A stretch of DNA of 64,000 nt from Oculina patagonica. Taxonomy: Eukaryota. The translations under genes were made by a program, and so were the position numbers. Shown piece by piece: positions 25,910 to 38,364 of this stretch (the first letter of the stretch is position 1; every line of letters begins with the position of its first letter). Location of the stretch: contig NC_135764.1 of the NCBI RefSeq assembly GCF_052425735.1, positions 24,242,001-24,306,000 of the forward strand, written 5' to 3'. The notes beneath the pieces are model-generated. The model saw only the letters and a program-made list of their open reading frames with translations. It had not been told where the DNA came from and searched no databases.

Positions 25910-27315
25910 CGCTTTCGTGATCGACTTAAAATCATGCTTTCTCAAACGAAACAATCTTGCTTTCACAAACTTTATCGCTTTCATGATCGACTTAAAATGA
26001 CGCAGAAGAACGAAACAATCTTGCTTCACAAACTTTATCGCTTTCATGATGGACTTAAAATCATGAAGAGCTTTATTCAAATCTCTCAAGAACGAAACAA
26101 TCTTGCTTTCACAGACTTGATCGCTTTCATGATCGACTTAGAATGACGCGAAAGAACGAAACAATCTTGCTTTCGCAAACTTGATCGCTTTCATGATCGA
26201 CTTAGAATGACGCGAAAGAACGAAACAATCTTGCTTTCACAGACTTGATCGCTTTCATGATCGACTTAGAATGACGCGAAAGAACGAAACAATCTTGCTT
26301 TCACAAACTTTATCGCTTTCATGATCGACTTAGAATGATGCGAAAGAACGAAACAATCTTGCTTTCGCAAAACTTGACTGCTTTCTGATCGACTTAAAAT
26401 GATGAAGAGCTTTATTCAACTCTCTAATGCAAAAGAACGAAACAATCTTGCTTTCACAGACTTGATCGCTTTCACGATCGACTTAGAATGATGCGAAAGA
26501 ACGAAACAATCTTGCTTTCGCAAACTTGATCGCTTTCATGATGGACTTAAAATCATGAAGAGCTTTATTCAAATCTCTCAAGAACGAAACAATCTTGCTT
26601 TCACAGACTTGATCGCTTTCATGATCGACTTAGAATGATGCGAAAGAACGAAACAATCTTGCTTTCGCAAAACTTGACTGCTTTCTGATCGACTTAAAAT
26701 GATGAAGAGCTTTATTCAACTCTCTAATGCAAAAGAACGAAACAATCTTGCTTTCACAGACTTGATCGCTTTCACGATCGACTTAGAATGATGTGAAAGA
26801 ACGAAACAATCTTGCTTTCGCAAACTTGATCGCTTTCATGATGGACTTAAAATCATGAAGAGCTTTATTCAAATCTCTCAAGAACGAAACAATCTTGCTT
26901 TCACAGACTTGATCGCTTTCATGATCGACTTAGAATGATGCGAAAGAACGAAACAATCTTGCTTTCGCAAAACTTGACTGCTTTCTGATCGACTTAAAAT
27001 GATGAAGAGCTTTATTCAACTCTCTAATGCAAAAGAACGAAACAATCTTGCTTTCACAGACTTGATCGCTTTCATGATCGACTTAGAATGACGCGAAAGA
27101 ACGAAACAATCTTGCTTTCACAGACTTGATCGCTTTCATGATCGACTTAGAATGACGCGAAAGAACGAAACAATCTTGCTTTCGCAAAACTTGACTGCTT
27201 TCTGATCGACTTAAAATGATGAAGAGCTTTATTCAACTCTCTAATGCAAAAGAACGAAACAATCTTGCTTTCACAGACTTGATCGCTTTCATGATCGACT
27301 TAGAATGATGCGAAA
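25910..27315. repeat. 64-bp minisatellite with 300-bp higher-order repeat inside the MULE
   Basis: Unit GAACGAAACAATCTTGCTTTCACAGACTTGATCGCTTTCATGATCGACTTAGAATGACGCGAAA. The 60-nt lines starting at 26341, 26641 and 26941 are identical. Confidence 0.95.
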
Positions 27316-27601
27316 ACAAAAGACCAAAAAAATCTCACCTCCACAAGTCAAGAATACTTTATTCAAAATGAAATACAGAAGACAATGGAACTAAAAACTC
27401 TCACCTTCGCAAACTAAAAAAATGCGCGTGCCTTTACATTTTTAAATTTGACCATCACGTCAAATTCGCACTGAACGTTTTTTTCAATCAAAATTACTGA
27501 ACTCTAAAAAGGTTCAATTGAAACGCGCGTGCTTTTGCAATGGAAAACAGAAAACAAAAATCGACAACCGCTTAATCTACTCTACGTTTTATTAACTCGG
27601 C

Positions 27602-30076
27602 ATGGCTTCTGTCAGCGACAATTGTATCTCGTGCAAGGAACCCGTTCGTGAAAGGCAGCAAGGAGTTCAGTGTGATGGTTGTTTCAAGTGGAATCACAGG
27701 ACATGTAACACCGGTAAGTACCAGCCCAATATCCTTTTTTTTTTTCGGGGGAGGGGAATGTTAAAAATACGGTGGAACTGGCCAAGTTATTTGTCACACG
27801 AGTTTTATCAATATCTGGTTTAAATCTTGACTTAAATGCTACAATGTGGAAAAAGGGGTTAGGGTTTGTGGAAAATAGTTGACTTGAGTAACCTGGGGTC
27901 CAGTGTTAGTATTTTTTACTGTTTTAAACTGGCCGAGGTCTCCATTTAGTAAATTCGGTCCGCTGTGTGTTTTACAGGTATTTCTCAAGAGGCATATCGC
28001 GCTGCTGTGCGGGAAGGTGCCGACATCTCGTGGTACTGCGCATCCTGTCTCGGTGACCCCGTTGCAGAGAGCACAAGAGACGGAGACACTTCAGCGGATA
28101 TCCTGGGGTCCGAAGAATTTAACCCGCCTGTGGACTCGTCAGCAGACCACTTCGATCAGTCTACAGTCCAGTCCACCGTTGCAGAAACCGTAACCACAGA
28201 GCCCGAATCATCGGTGTATGATCCCCCGGTCCAGCCAACTATTGACGAATCGGCAATTGAGGGACCAGCGCCTCAACCAGTGGTGATGGAAAACCAGCCG
28301 CTAACGTTCAAGATCGTGGAGGGTGCCAGCGAGAGGGGCAAACGGAAACTGATCGACAGCTGGGGATTTAGCTACAACGTTAAAAGGCAGCGCCTTACAG
28401 CTACAGACTGGCAATGCACTGTGCGACCTCAGGTAAGTTGTTGATTAGTTTTACATTATTATGAAAAAAGCGAGAGTTGGCAACAAAAACATGCAATGAT
28501 ACCTTTATAGAAAAAAATTATTACTGTGTGCCAGTCATAGTAGTTTATTGCATTTCAATCGGTGACACTTAGTATGGAATTTCGATTCTATTTGTAACTG
28601 ATCGCCCCTAAGAATGACTGCGTGGGAAGCTACATGTAACTCGACTACATGTATGTGATAAGAATCTTATAAAACACTAAACGATTTTTTATGTTTTTTT
28701 TTTTTCATAGGGAAACCGTTGCAAGGCCACTGTTCTACAGAGATGCGGCAGCACATTCGAGATGGGGAAGAACAGTCACAATCATGCTGCTCCAATTGGA
28801 GGTAATTTTAATTACGTTGTACTTTAAGTTAACAATTATTTACCGAAGAGGAGGTGTCCAGTTAACAATGAGATAAATTAAACCGAAGTGGATAGTAGAT
28901 AATTGCTTCCTGGCAATGATTACAATTTTTTCAGCGTATGCTATTTTGGGTAAATTCATGCTATTTGGGTAAATAAACAAAGTCTCTTTTTATGTTTAGG
29001 AATGATGGCCACAACTATTAAGTGCCACGTTAAGAGTGAAGCAAAGAAAGACGTGTTCAAACCAGCATCAGTGGTCGTTAATGAAGTTCTGCTGAAAGAA
29101 TTGACCGACGCTCCTTGTCCCGGCCTTCCCCGTGTAGACAGCCTTCAGAGAACTGCTAATCGAACCCGACAACAGCTGCGCCCACAAGACCCAAAAGACC
29201 TCGACTTCGAGCTCCAAACAGAGCACATCCCAGAAGGCTTCTTCAGAAAAGATGTAAAGGTAGGCACGGTACAGTCACGATAATTTTCCGGATAATTTCA
29301 CAAATTCAAGTCCAAGAAGACGCAAAAAGACAAGTTGCGCTAAATAAAACTATAACTAAGTGCATCAGAAATGTTCCTAGTACATAAACTGAAACTTTAT
29401 GTTGTCAATGTTGCGTTAAATAAAATTTAAAAAGGATTCGTGCATCAGAAATGTTCCTGGTACTTAAACTGAACCTTCATGATGTCAATGTTGCGTTAAA
29501 TAAAATTTAAAAAGGATTCGTGCATCAGAAATGTTCCTGGTACTTAAACTAAAACTTTTTGTTTTAGATAAAAGAACGACGCCATTTGATCCTTGCCTCA
29601 GACAAGCAGTTGGAGGTTCTTCAAAAAGCGAAGACTTGGTATATGGACGCAACTTTCAAACTCTGCCGCCGTCCGTTTACGCAGCTCCTCACACTAAACG
29701 CCTTCGTAAAGAACGACGACCATGTCAAGTAGGTGCCCCTTCTCTTCGCTCTCATGTCCGGCAAAAAAAAACTAGACTACAAAGCAGTGCTAGAGGCACT
29801 CCTAACCATCCTCCCTGATCAGCCGATGGTAAAGGCAAAGCCCAGCTGCCCCTCTACACACTGATCAAGCTTCTTCATGAGGAGGCTTTGCTGGTCAACC
29901 TCCAGATCCGACTGGTGTCTGACAAGCTGCTCAAGAGACACCAGCGTACGACGTACAAGAAAATGCAGAAACGGCTGTTCGCGCTATGGAAGGAGTACGA
30001 CGACGACGAGAAGAACGCAAGAGAATTACTAGAGGCCTGTGCTCACCTTGTCAAGCCAATAAATAGAGAAAATTAA
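27602..30076 (+). pseudogene. PHD-FLYWCH-MULE transposase pseudogene
   Basis: Exons 27602-27713, 27978-28432, 28711-28801, 29000-29259 and 29568 onward. PHD (CISC..QCDGC..WNHRTC..WYCASC), FLYWCH-like (WQC..C..HNH), MULE WYMDATFK..PLLFALM. TAG at 29730-29732 and an internal deletion/frameshift at ~29830. Confidence 0.85.
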
Positions 30077-31433
30077 TAATAAAACACAATTAAAGGCTCT
30101 ACTGCAGCCAACAAAAACGGCTCCTTTAGGAGCCACCAACAATACAAAAGTCAATGACCAATGATTACTTTCCCTAAGCGCGAGTATCCAACAATTTTCT
30201 CCCTGTTTTATAAAGTAGTTTTCATTTGCTTAGAAAGAATTTTATATCCCTGTTTATTCCTCTCAGAATTGTCTTTTCCCATGGAAAATTTTATAACACA
30301 TGCTAAATTTCCCGTCGCGGCTTGTATGCGCCTGCGATACTTCTTTATAAAGAAACCGCAAAATGGCGTAAGATTGCGAATGTCGATGCGAAGTTTATGT
30401 AGGAAGTAAATTGGGCAGTATTTTGTCACCGCAATTCGAATTTCCTTAGCAATTAGGACAAATAGCAGTTAAAATTCTTATCTCTTCATAGGTTTAGGCA
30501 AAACTAAACGCAAAGTTCCAACTAAACATAATAAATTTGTCGCCAACACGAAGCAACTTTATAATCGCTACATATTTCGTGCTCGTTCCCTGCTATCGTA
30601 GAATTTTTGGGACATCAAAAGCAAGTCAGAATACGGTAAGCATAAGTAAATTTTATCTTAAGTATTAATGGGGGCTAGTCGTCCAGAAAGTGGGGGCTAG
30701 TCGTCCAGAAAGTGGGGGCTAGTCGTCCAGATTGGGGGCTAGTTGTCTGGGGCTAGTTGTCCGGGGGGCGAGTTGTCTGACATTCTCGTGATTCGAGAAA
30801 ATGAAATTTTGATCTCTGTGATCTGTTGATTCATCATTTTTTGCTAACCATGAACCGTGCCCCCCCCTCCCCCCCCCCCCCGGTACGACCCTCTGCATTG
30901 AGGCAGAGATTTCTTTGCTTGAATTGGGCTTATTTGTTTATCTCCAAACCCTACTCTACGAGGACTTTTTCTCGGTCAGTGAGTGGTTGGTTTCACTGAC
31001 GACTTGTACCACTGACTGAGAAGCACGCTCCGACTCTCGCCCCAGGCTATCTGGAAAGAAGTGACGATGATTGCGTGACGAAAGTAAATCACGAGACTGC
31101 AGACGAAATGAGTTTGCATAATTTGTGATATCTGCCTCTGTTTTCGAAGTTAAACTAGCTGTGCTGTTAAGGGTTTATAGAAATCCTATAAGAACAGGTA
31201 TGTCGTCTGCTTTGTTAAACAACTTGTCAAACTTATACTTCAGCTAAAAATCACGGATACAAATTTTATTTGCATTTGTTAATTTATTGTCAAGCACGAT
31301 CGATGAAATCGATGACAGTGCAAAATGAGCAGAGCGCCGTGGATGACAGTGCAAAATAGGTTATATTCTGAAATCCAACATTGAGCTGTACATGTAACTT
31401 ATTTATAATAACAAATTATCACAAACAGGAGCA

Positions 31434-34400
31434 ATGGACGCCATCAAACAAGCGAGACCAGATTCGTTCATGTCGTTCATCGCCTATCTTTCACAGCCGA
31501 TCGCTCTCATAACAGCTGGTGTTATTGTGTTGCTATATATCTACTGGCGAGGCACACCAAATCAAGCCATTCTCAAGAAAACCAACGCTCCTGGTCCCAA
31601 ACCATGGCCATTTATCGGCAACGCTCTTGACTTCAGAAAATTTAACGGAACTCACCTATTGTTGAGCGACTACATTCAAAAGTACGGCAAGGTATTCGCG
31701 TTAACACTGGGAAGCAAGCCGTCTGTTGTGATCGCAGATCCTGACATGCTCAAGCAGATCCTTGTAAAAGATTTCTGGAACTTCCAGGATCGTGCTATCA
31801 CAGTGAAGATCCCTGGCCCGATTGGGAAGAGTGTTTTCTTCGCGCGTGATAACGCGTGGAAGCGAATTCGCACCACGCTAACCCCGACTTTCAGCGCGAA
31901 AAAAATGAAAGGTATGGTTTCCATGATGGAAGAATCGTGTGACAGGTTAATGGCAAAGATCGAGCAAGTTGCTGATACAGGTAAGTAGCGAGTTTTCTAT
32001 TTTAAAATGATTGAAGCTAAGGCATGTTATGTATCTATTTATTGTCACCAAAATGCAAAATGGCGAAGCTAAAAGTGTAAGTTGAGGAACAGGGAACACT
32101 GGAACGCTGGATTGAGGAACGAAAAGGAACCGTGAACACGAATATAATAATTAAACCATTTACAAATAAATTTGCACGTTCTCTTTAATATCATTATTGT
32201 CCTGGCTTCCTACAATAAACGTCACGTAATCTTTCCTTGCGTCACGTTATTAGTGGCGGATCTAGTGGTGGGGCCCATGGTTCCCGGGCCCCCACCTTTT
32301 AGGTCAAACTGAGGCTCTAAGGACCGAGAAAAATTATTTTCAAGAGCAGGCCCCCCTCTTATTTTAGGGTCTGGATGATCGCTGTGTGACTATAGCAAGG
32401 TTAAGTCCATTGCTGGCTTGACAAAAATCAAATTTCATCAGTCCCATTCTCCTCTGCGGTTTCCGAACATGTTTTGTACTTTTCGTCGTTTCATGCTATT
32501 TAGACTTGCTCCAAGTCTAGCTCTCATAAGTCTCCAAAGGGAGCGAAGCGAGCGTTAAAGGGGCAATGTCACGATATTTAAAATTAAAGGAAACCCCAAA
32601 ATAACAGTTTTCTAATGAAGAAAAACAATAAAGGAGTAATAAAAACGTAAAATTAACCAAGGATGGTTTCAACTGACGAAGATTAAGGCGGATTACGAAC
32701 GACAGACTTGAAAAAACTTTTTTTTCAAGATGCGTTGTCCGTGACATAGCACCCTTAAGGTGGCTTTATACAGTTTTAAAGATGAATTCCAGTCCGTACT
32801 GCACAATCTCGGCTGCAATGTTTATGTGAGCCCACCACGAACGAATGTTTACAAGCAAAACTAAAAATTCCGTGACAAACTTACCTTTTTTTTCATTATT
32901 AACACCAGATATCCTTGCAGAACAAATGAAGAGCGGCGGGAATAAACGGCCCCTGGACTTTCTGACTAAATCGAACATTATCGAAACAGCTCCAAATTGC
33001 GCATGCAGGTTTGTTTACGTGTGCTAAACACTGTCCTGTGTTGCATTCGGCTGGTCTTTTCTTCGTTTTTCAGAAATTATGTATGCAAAAAAAAAGGCAT
33101 TTTGCAAGCTTACGTGCTCCCAGTCAGCTAGCAGTCTGAGTTTTCCAACGCATCGCGTGTACATCTTTCCCTGTAGGGTTTTCTAAGCGTCTACAGAAGA
33201 CGAGAAACCATTTAACAAGCATTTCTTCGACTCGCTGCGCATGTCTTTTGTTGATTTGAGTAGCGTAGGACTGGATACTGCATTGTGACGTAAGGTCACA
33301 TGTTAGAGGCGGAAGAGTTTGAATTAAGCGAAATGGCGTGTCTGTGAAAGTAAAACGGAAAAGTTTATAGTTTTAGCTCGATTGCGGCTGCCAGGTGGTT
33401 GAAGGACATCATTAAGTCTGAATACCCGTAAGTTTACAGCATCGCTCGAAGAACTGAGTGATGTTTCTGCCTTTGTTTTGTACAACAGCGCTGTTTAGCG
33501 CTTCGGAAAAAACGTTGCAAACAAGGTAGTTTGAGCCTGGCCGCATAGAAGGCCTAAAACAAGAGGTTTCTTGCCGGGAACTTCGTCAACGCGAGTTTTA
33601 CAGGGGCCGCTTGGGTTCTGCCGCGACAAAGTTGCCGAGAAGTGACCTGGTTTTAGACTTTAAAAAATTCTTTATAGGTTTGGGGGGGGACCTCCCCTTG
33701 CAAAATTATTTTCTGTGCCTCATTAAATATTCATCAATCAATCAATAAATCAATCAATCAATCGATTCGTGCCTTAGTTTATCTTGTTTTCGCGGGATTT
33801 TGTAGATGTGTGATGATGTAAGGAGTGGAGATAGAAGTGAGAGCAAGCCGGCGGCACTTAACTGAAAGCAAAACTAGTATAATGTGACAACACGAGCAAA
33901 CCTATTCAATCAACAATCAGTCTTTATTTCACTTTCACCTCAAAATTACAGCTAACGGTAACAGATTACAGTAGTCTTGCCCGAAACAACAAAAAGAAGC
34001 TAACCGCAAGCAGACTGCAGTGAAAGCTAGCCGCTTGAAACGCTAACGCTAACCCTAACCCTTAAACTTGGGTTTAGCTTTTTAACCCTAAATTTGAAAT
34101 GAAACCCTAGCGTCAGACCCTAACCCTAACCCTTGGGGTTTAGGGTTAAGCTTTTTTCGCTAGGGTTAAGCTAAGGGGTTGGGGCTAGGCCTGTAATCCC
34201 AAAACTTTAGCTGACTTCATCGTTTTGAGAAACAAAAGGTTTCCTTTGTTTATCGTTTGTAAAAGAAAAGACAAAAGAAGCCGCGCGAGCAAAAACCTTG
34301 TCTTTTTGCATGTGTAATTTTTCAAAAACGAAACAAAGACCAGTGAAATGAAAGACAGGACAGTGTTTAGCACACGTAAACAAACCTGCATGCGCAATTT

Positions 34401-36556
34401 GGAGCTGTTTCGATAATGTTCGATTTAGTCAGAAAGTCCAGGGGCCGTTTATTCCCGCCGCTCTTCAAATAATAACGAGTAGAAGAACCTTGACGCTATT
34501 TCAAACCGACGTTTCAGCTCATCGGAAATTCTTGAACGAAACAAACTGTAATGGCGGACTAAAAAACTTCATGTATGCTGTCACTGAAGTGTAACGTTTC
34601 AACGAATTCAAAACAAAAACGAAAACAAACCCCGAGTCTGCGCAGTATGGACTGGAAATCAGCTTTAAGGGGGGAAATGAGCCCAACTTTTAACTGTCTT
34701 TAAAAATATTCAGGAATGTTATTTCTTTCTCTTATTACTGTTTCTTAAAGCGTACCCATCATATGCGCATGCGACATTTGACCAATAAGAATGCTAATAT
34801 ATAATCAATAGAGCCAAAATGAATGGCCGAGTGCTTAGCAGGGGACTGGGCACTAGTTGTTTAAACAGCGTTTTTCTCAAAATCTACCCGTATGACCCCA
34901 CCTCAAAATTTCAAATTGGCTTTGATTTAACATTCATGCAAAATAAAATAAAAATCTGTAAGACAGAATTTGAGCTATTTTTTAAAGAGGCAAAATATCA
35001 CATTTTCCTATCTTGCGAAAAATCTGTCTTACAGATTTTTATTTCATCCTGCATGAATGTTAAATCAAAGCCAATTTGTAATTTCTGAAATTTTGAGGTG
35101 GGGTCATAAAGGGTAGATTTTGAGAAAAACGCTGTTAAAACAACTATTGCCCAGTCCCCTCCTAAGCACTCGGCCATTCATTTTGGCACTTTATTGATTG
35201 TTTATTAGCATTTTTATTGTAAGAAGATAAAAAGCGTTCTCTGGTAAAATATTTTAAAAATTATTAGCTTTCGACAGCCAGACTGCTGTCTTCGACGGAT
35301 AAAAATGAAGTGATAAAATGGACCTAAAAATTTGAATATGACTAACGAATCGCATAAATTAAAAAGTAAAAGTATGTGTAAAAGAATGTTAAACGGAATG
35401 CTAAAAGTGTATAAATTACTGTTTGTTTAAAAGAATGTTATATTGTCCTGGCAGAGGGCACGAATTGTTGTCGGCCTCGACCGTTTTTGCCGTGTGCCAC
35501 GATTCAAGTGTCTTTCTAATGCGATTGTTGCCCTTGTCAATTATCTCCGCGTTTTCAAAGTCGATGGCGTGATCAAGAGTCCAGGCATGTTTTGCTACAT
35601 TGGAGCCTTTAGCGCATTGTTTAGTATTCCTGATATGTTCTTTACGCCGTGTGCTAAACGATCTTTTTGTCTCGCCGATGTAACTCCAGGGACAAGACGC
35701 ACAAGGGATTTTGTAAACAACATTGCACTGGTCGTCGACCGGAGGTCGAAACTTGGGGACAGGGAACTCTTATTGTAGTGTCTTGATTGGTTTGTTGGTT
35801 ACTCGGATCTCGGATATCGTGACTTTTGAGAATTCTTGTAAGAGGTTCGGTAATGCCTTTGATGTAAGGAAGGACCGCGAAACTCTGACTATTCATTGGA
35901 TCAGCCCAACTGAAGAACATCCCAACCAGTTCTTCAGGTGAAGGTGTTGGGGGGTTCGAAGATTTCTTTCTTATGATATCAGCTGTGACTTTTGGTGGGT
36001 AGCCATTAGATTGTAACGCGATGCTAATGCGATCAATTTCACGGGCTTTTCTAGATTCCGAGTTTGGTAGTTTTAGAGCTCTATGCAGAAGTGTCGCTGC
36101 AGTGCTGATTTTGTGCTCTCTGTCATGATGTGAGCGAAAGTCAAGGTATCTATCCGTGTGTGTGGGCTTCCGGTAGACATCAATGTTGAGCTTATTATTG
36201 TCGCGAGAAATAAGAGTGTCGAGGAATGACAACTGGCCATTAGATTCGTGCTTAATGGTGAAGGAAATATGCGGGTCGATAGAGTTCAGAGAATCATGGA
36301 AGGAAGCAACAGCATTTTTCTTGATGACACAAAAACTGTCGTCAACATAGCGTTTCCAGATTTTGGGTGGAACAGGGGTTGAATTGATTGCTGTTTCTTT
36401 AATTTCCTCCATACATAAGTTGGCTACAACGGGGCTCACAGGACTACCCAAATGGTCAAATGTCGCATATGATGGCTATACGCTTTAAGAAACAGTAATA
36501 AGAGAAAGAAAGAACATTCCTGAATAATTTTTAAAGACAGTTTAAAGTTGGGCTCA

Positions 36557-36587
<31 letters not shown>

Positions 36588-37676
36588 AAAAAAAAAAAAA
36601 CTGTATTAAGCCACCTTAAATAAAGATTACTGAAAAGGACTTTGAGAAAATATATATATGCTATTTATTTTCAGCTTTGTTCTCTTTCCCTTCATTTAGA
36701 CACTTCTGTGGACATGTTGGACTGGTTCAGTAGAATGACGCTAGAAGTGATACTTGACACCGCCTTTGGTGTCCAGACGGACATTCAAAACGAGAAGGAA
36801 AGCGAGCTTTTGGAGAGGGCAAGAGAAGTCTTCCGCACGCCTTGGATCGTAGGCATTTTAAGACGGTTTCCTTTTGGTATTTACCTATTGAGGCTGCTTG
36901 CCCGTGTCCGTGGAAGAAGCCACTACTTCGAAAATGTTGCGAAGGGCATTATACAGAAGCGAAGGCAAAGTGGGATAACCGGACGGCAGGACCTACTGCA
37001 TCTTATGCTGACAGCACATGAAGACATGACCGAGGAAGGTATCAGTAAACTCACTGATGAAGAAATAGTGGGCCAAAGTGTCATCTTCCTTTTTGCAGGC
37101 TACGAAACTTCAAGCAACACGCTTGCCTACATAACGTACCATCTGACTGTAAATCAAGACGTTCAAGACAAATTAAGAGAGGAAATCAAACAAGCCGTCA
37201 AGTCAAAACCCGACAGTACGCTCTATGACCTTGCTCATAACATCGAGTACCTGGACTGTGTCATAAGCGAGGCTCTGCGATTGAATCCACCTCTAGCGCA
37301 GTTGTCGAGGGAATGCGTTAAAGATTATGACATCGGTGGCATTCATATTCCCGCGGGATTGGAGGTGATCATTCCCGTGTACTCCATCCAGCGTGATCCC
37401 GAGGCCTGGCCCGACCCGGAGAGGTTCGATCCCGAGAGGTTCCGAAGACCCGCGAAGGACAACCGTCACCCGTACCACTTTATGCCGTTCGGAACAGGTC
37501 CAAGGTCCTGCATCGGGATGAGGTTCGCACAGATGGAGATCAAGATTGCTCTGGTTAAATGTCTGTTGAAGTACAAATTTGTGCAATCCCCAGAGACGCA
37601 AGTTCCTCTGGCGATTCTACCGGGTGCCACACTTACCCCGAGAGACGGAGTCCACGTACGGATCGAGCGAGTTTAG
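31434..37676 (+). CDS. CYP-6: clan-3-like cytochrome P450, ~507 aa, 4.7-kb TE-filled intron
   Basis: Exons 31434-31980 and 36700-37676. AGYETSS, EALR, PERF, FGTGPRSCIG. Confidence 0.92.
32559..32754. mobile_element. TTAA-flanked MITE
   Basis: TTAA|AGGGGCAATGTCACG...CGTGACATAGCACCC|TTAA; shares the TTAA at 32755-32758 with the next element. Confidence 0.65.
32780..34664. mobile_element. Nested TTAA-flanked element
   Basis: TTAA|AGATGAATTCCAGTCCGTACTGC...GCAGTATGGACTGGAAATCAGCT|TTAA; internal inverted repeat 32928-33095 vs 34302-34467. Confidence 0.75.
35219..36450 (-). mobile_element. 5'-truncated Penelope-like retroelement (RT + GIY-YIG), disrupted
   Basis: GSPVSP, RYVDD, FLD, YRKPTHT RT motifs. 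After a 7-bp duplication (CTCGGAT, 35802-35815) and a TAA, a second frame gives VVYKIPCASCPWSYIGET..EH (GIY-YIG), ending at 35416. Confidence 0.9.
35261..35302 (-). ncRNA. Degenerate minimal type-I hammerhead ribozyme in the Penelope 3' terminal repeat
   Basis: TTAT-CCGTCGA-A-GACAGC-AGTCTG-GCTGTC-GAAA-GC-TA-ATAA: stems I and II pair; the core has 2 mismatches to CUGANGA. Confidence 0.6.
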
Positions 37677-37774
37677 AAAATGTAAAACCGTTCGTTTTGA
37701 ATGTTACCCCATATTTTGATCGACTGAAACTAACCTGCTCTTTTACGATAGAATGCTCGCACCATCCTTTAGTA

Positions 37775-38364
37775 ATGCCATGTTACACGAGGCAATTTTT
37801 CTTGCAACTTCCATTGCCAGTTGCCAAAACAATTTCACCTGTAAAGCCCTGGCCAAACGGACTCGCGAGTGCACGCAAGTTGTCAAAAAAAGCCATTTAA
37901 ATGCTACTGCGCGTGCTGCAATTCATTATTTGAAGCAAGCAGCAAAACTTGCGTTGGGTGGCCAAACGGTAAAAAACTTGCGTTCACTTGCCTGCAAATT
38001 TGATCTCGACCAAAGTGAACGCAAGTCATCGCAAGTCAACGCAAGTGCACGCAAGTACTGGCCAAACGGAGACGCAAGTAAACGCAAGCTGAAAATTTGC
38101 GTCCACTTGCATCTCCGTTTGGCCAGGTCTTAAAACCCCGTCTCGCAGCGTTGCGAGACAAGTTGCTGCGTGTGACATGTCAATCGCGACTTGCAACGCA
38201 ATTTTATTGAAATGAGTCATTTAGAGTGCTTCTTTTGCGCGCGGTAGATTTCAAGATTGCAAGTTGCGAACGAAAATTGCCAACGTGTGACACCCCCTCT
38301 GCAACTTGCAAAGTTTTTCCGTTGTCATCGGTGCAGGGGAAATTGCCTCGTGTAAAATGGCCTT
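37775..38364. mobile_element. Nested MITEs: GGCCAAACGG family (37844-38130) inside a TTACACGAGGCAATTT element
   Basis: Inner TIR CCTGGCCAAACGGA...TCCGTTTGGCCAGG; outer TTACACGAGGCAATTT...AAATTGCCTCGTGTAA. The inner family recurs at ~45258-45597 and ~51545-51750. Confidence 0.7.

Larger units (their letters stand above)
25547..30785. mobile_element. Mutator-like (MULE) DNA transposon, defective
   Basis: ~115-bp TIRs built from GACAACTAGCCCC/GGACGACTAGCCCCC subrepeats (25547-25661 vs 30670-30785), enclosing a spliced transposase gene. Confidence 0.88.
32759..36615. mobile_element. Foldback Kolobok-like element hosting two nested insertions
   Basis: TTAA|GGTGGCTT(T/A)ATACAGTTTT termini. Arm 34669-34970 is inverted against 35020-35218 plus 36452-36600. 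Confidence 0.8.

Noticed and set aside
25910-27315. CRISPR-like regular repeats
   Set aside because: No unique spacers, no cas genes, and a eukaryotic context; it is a minisatellite.
34503-34528. Hammerhead-like CCGATGA-GCT-GAAACGTC on the minus strand
   Set aside because: No stem II and a mutated core.
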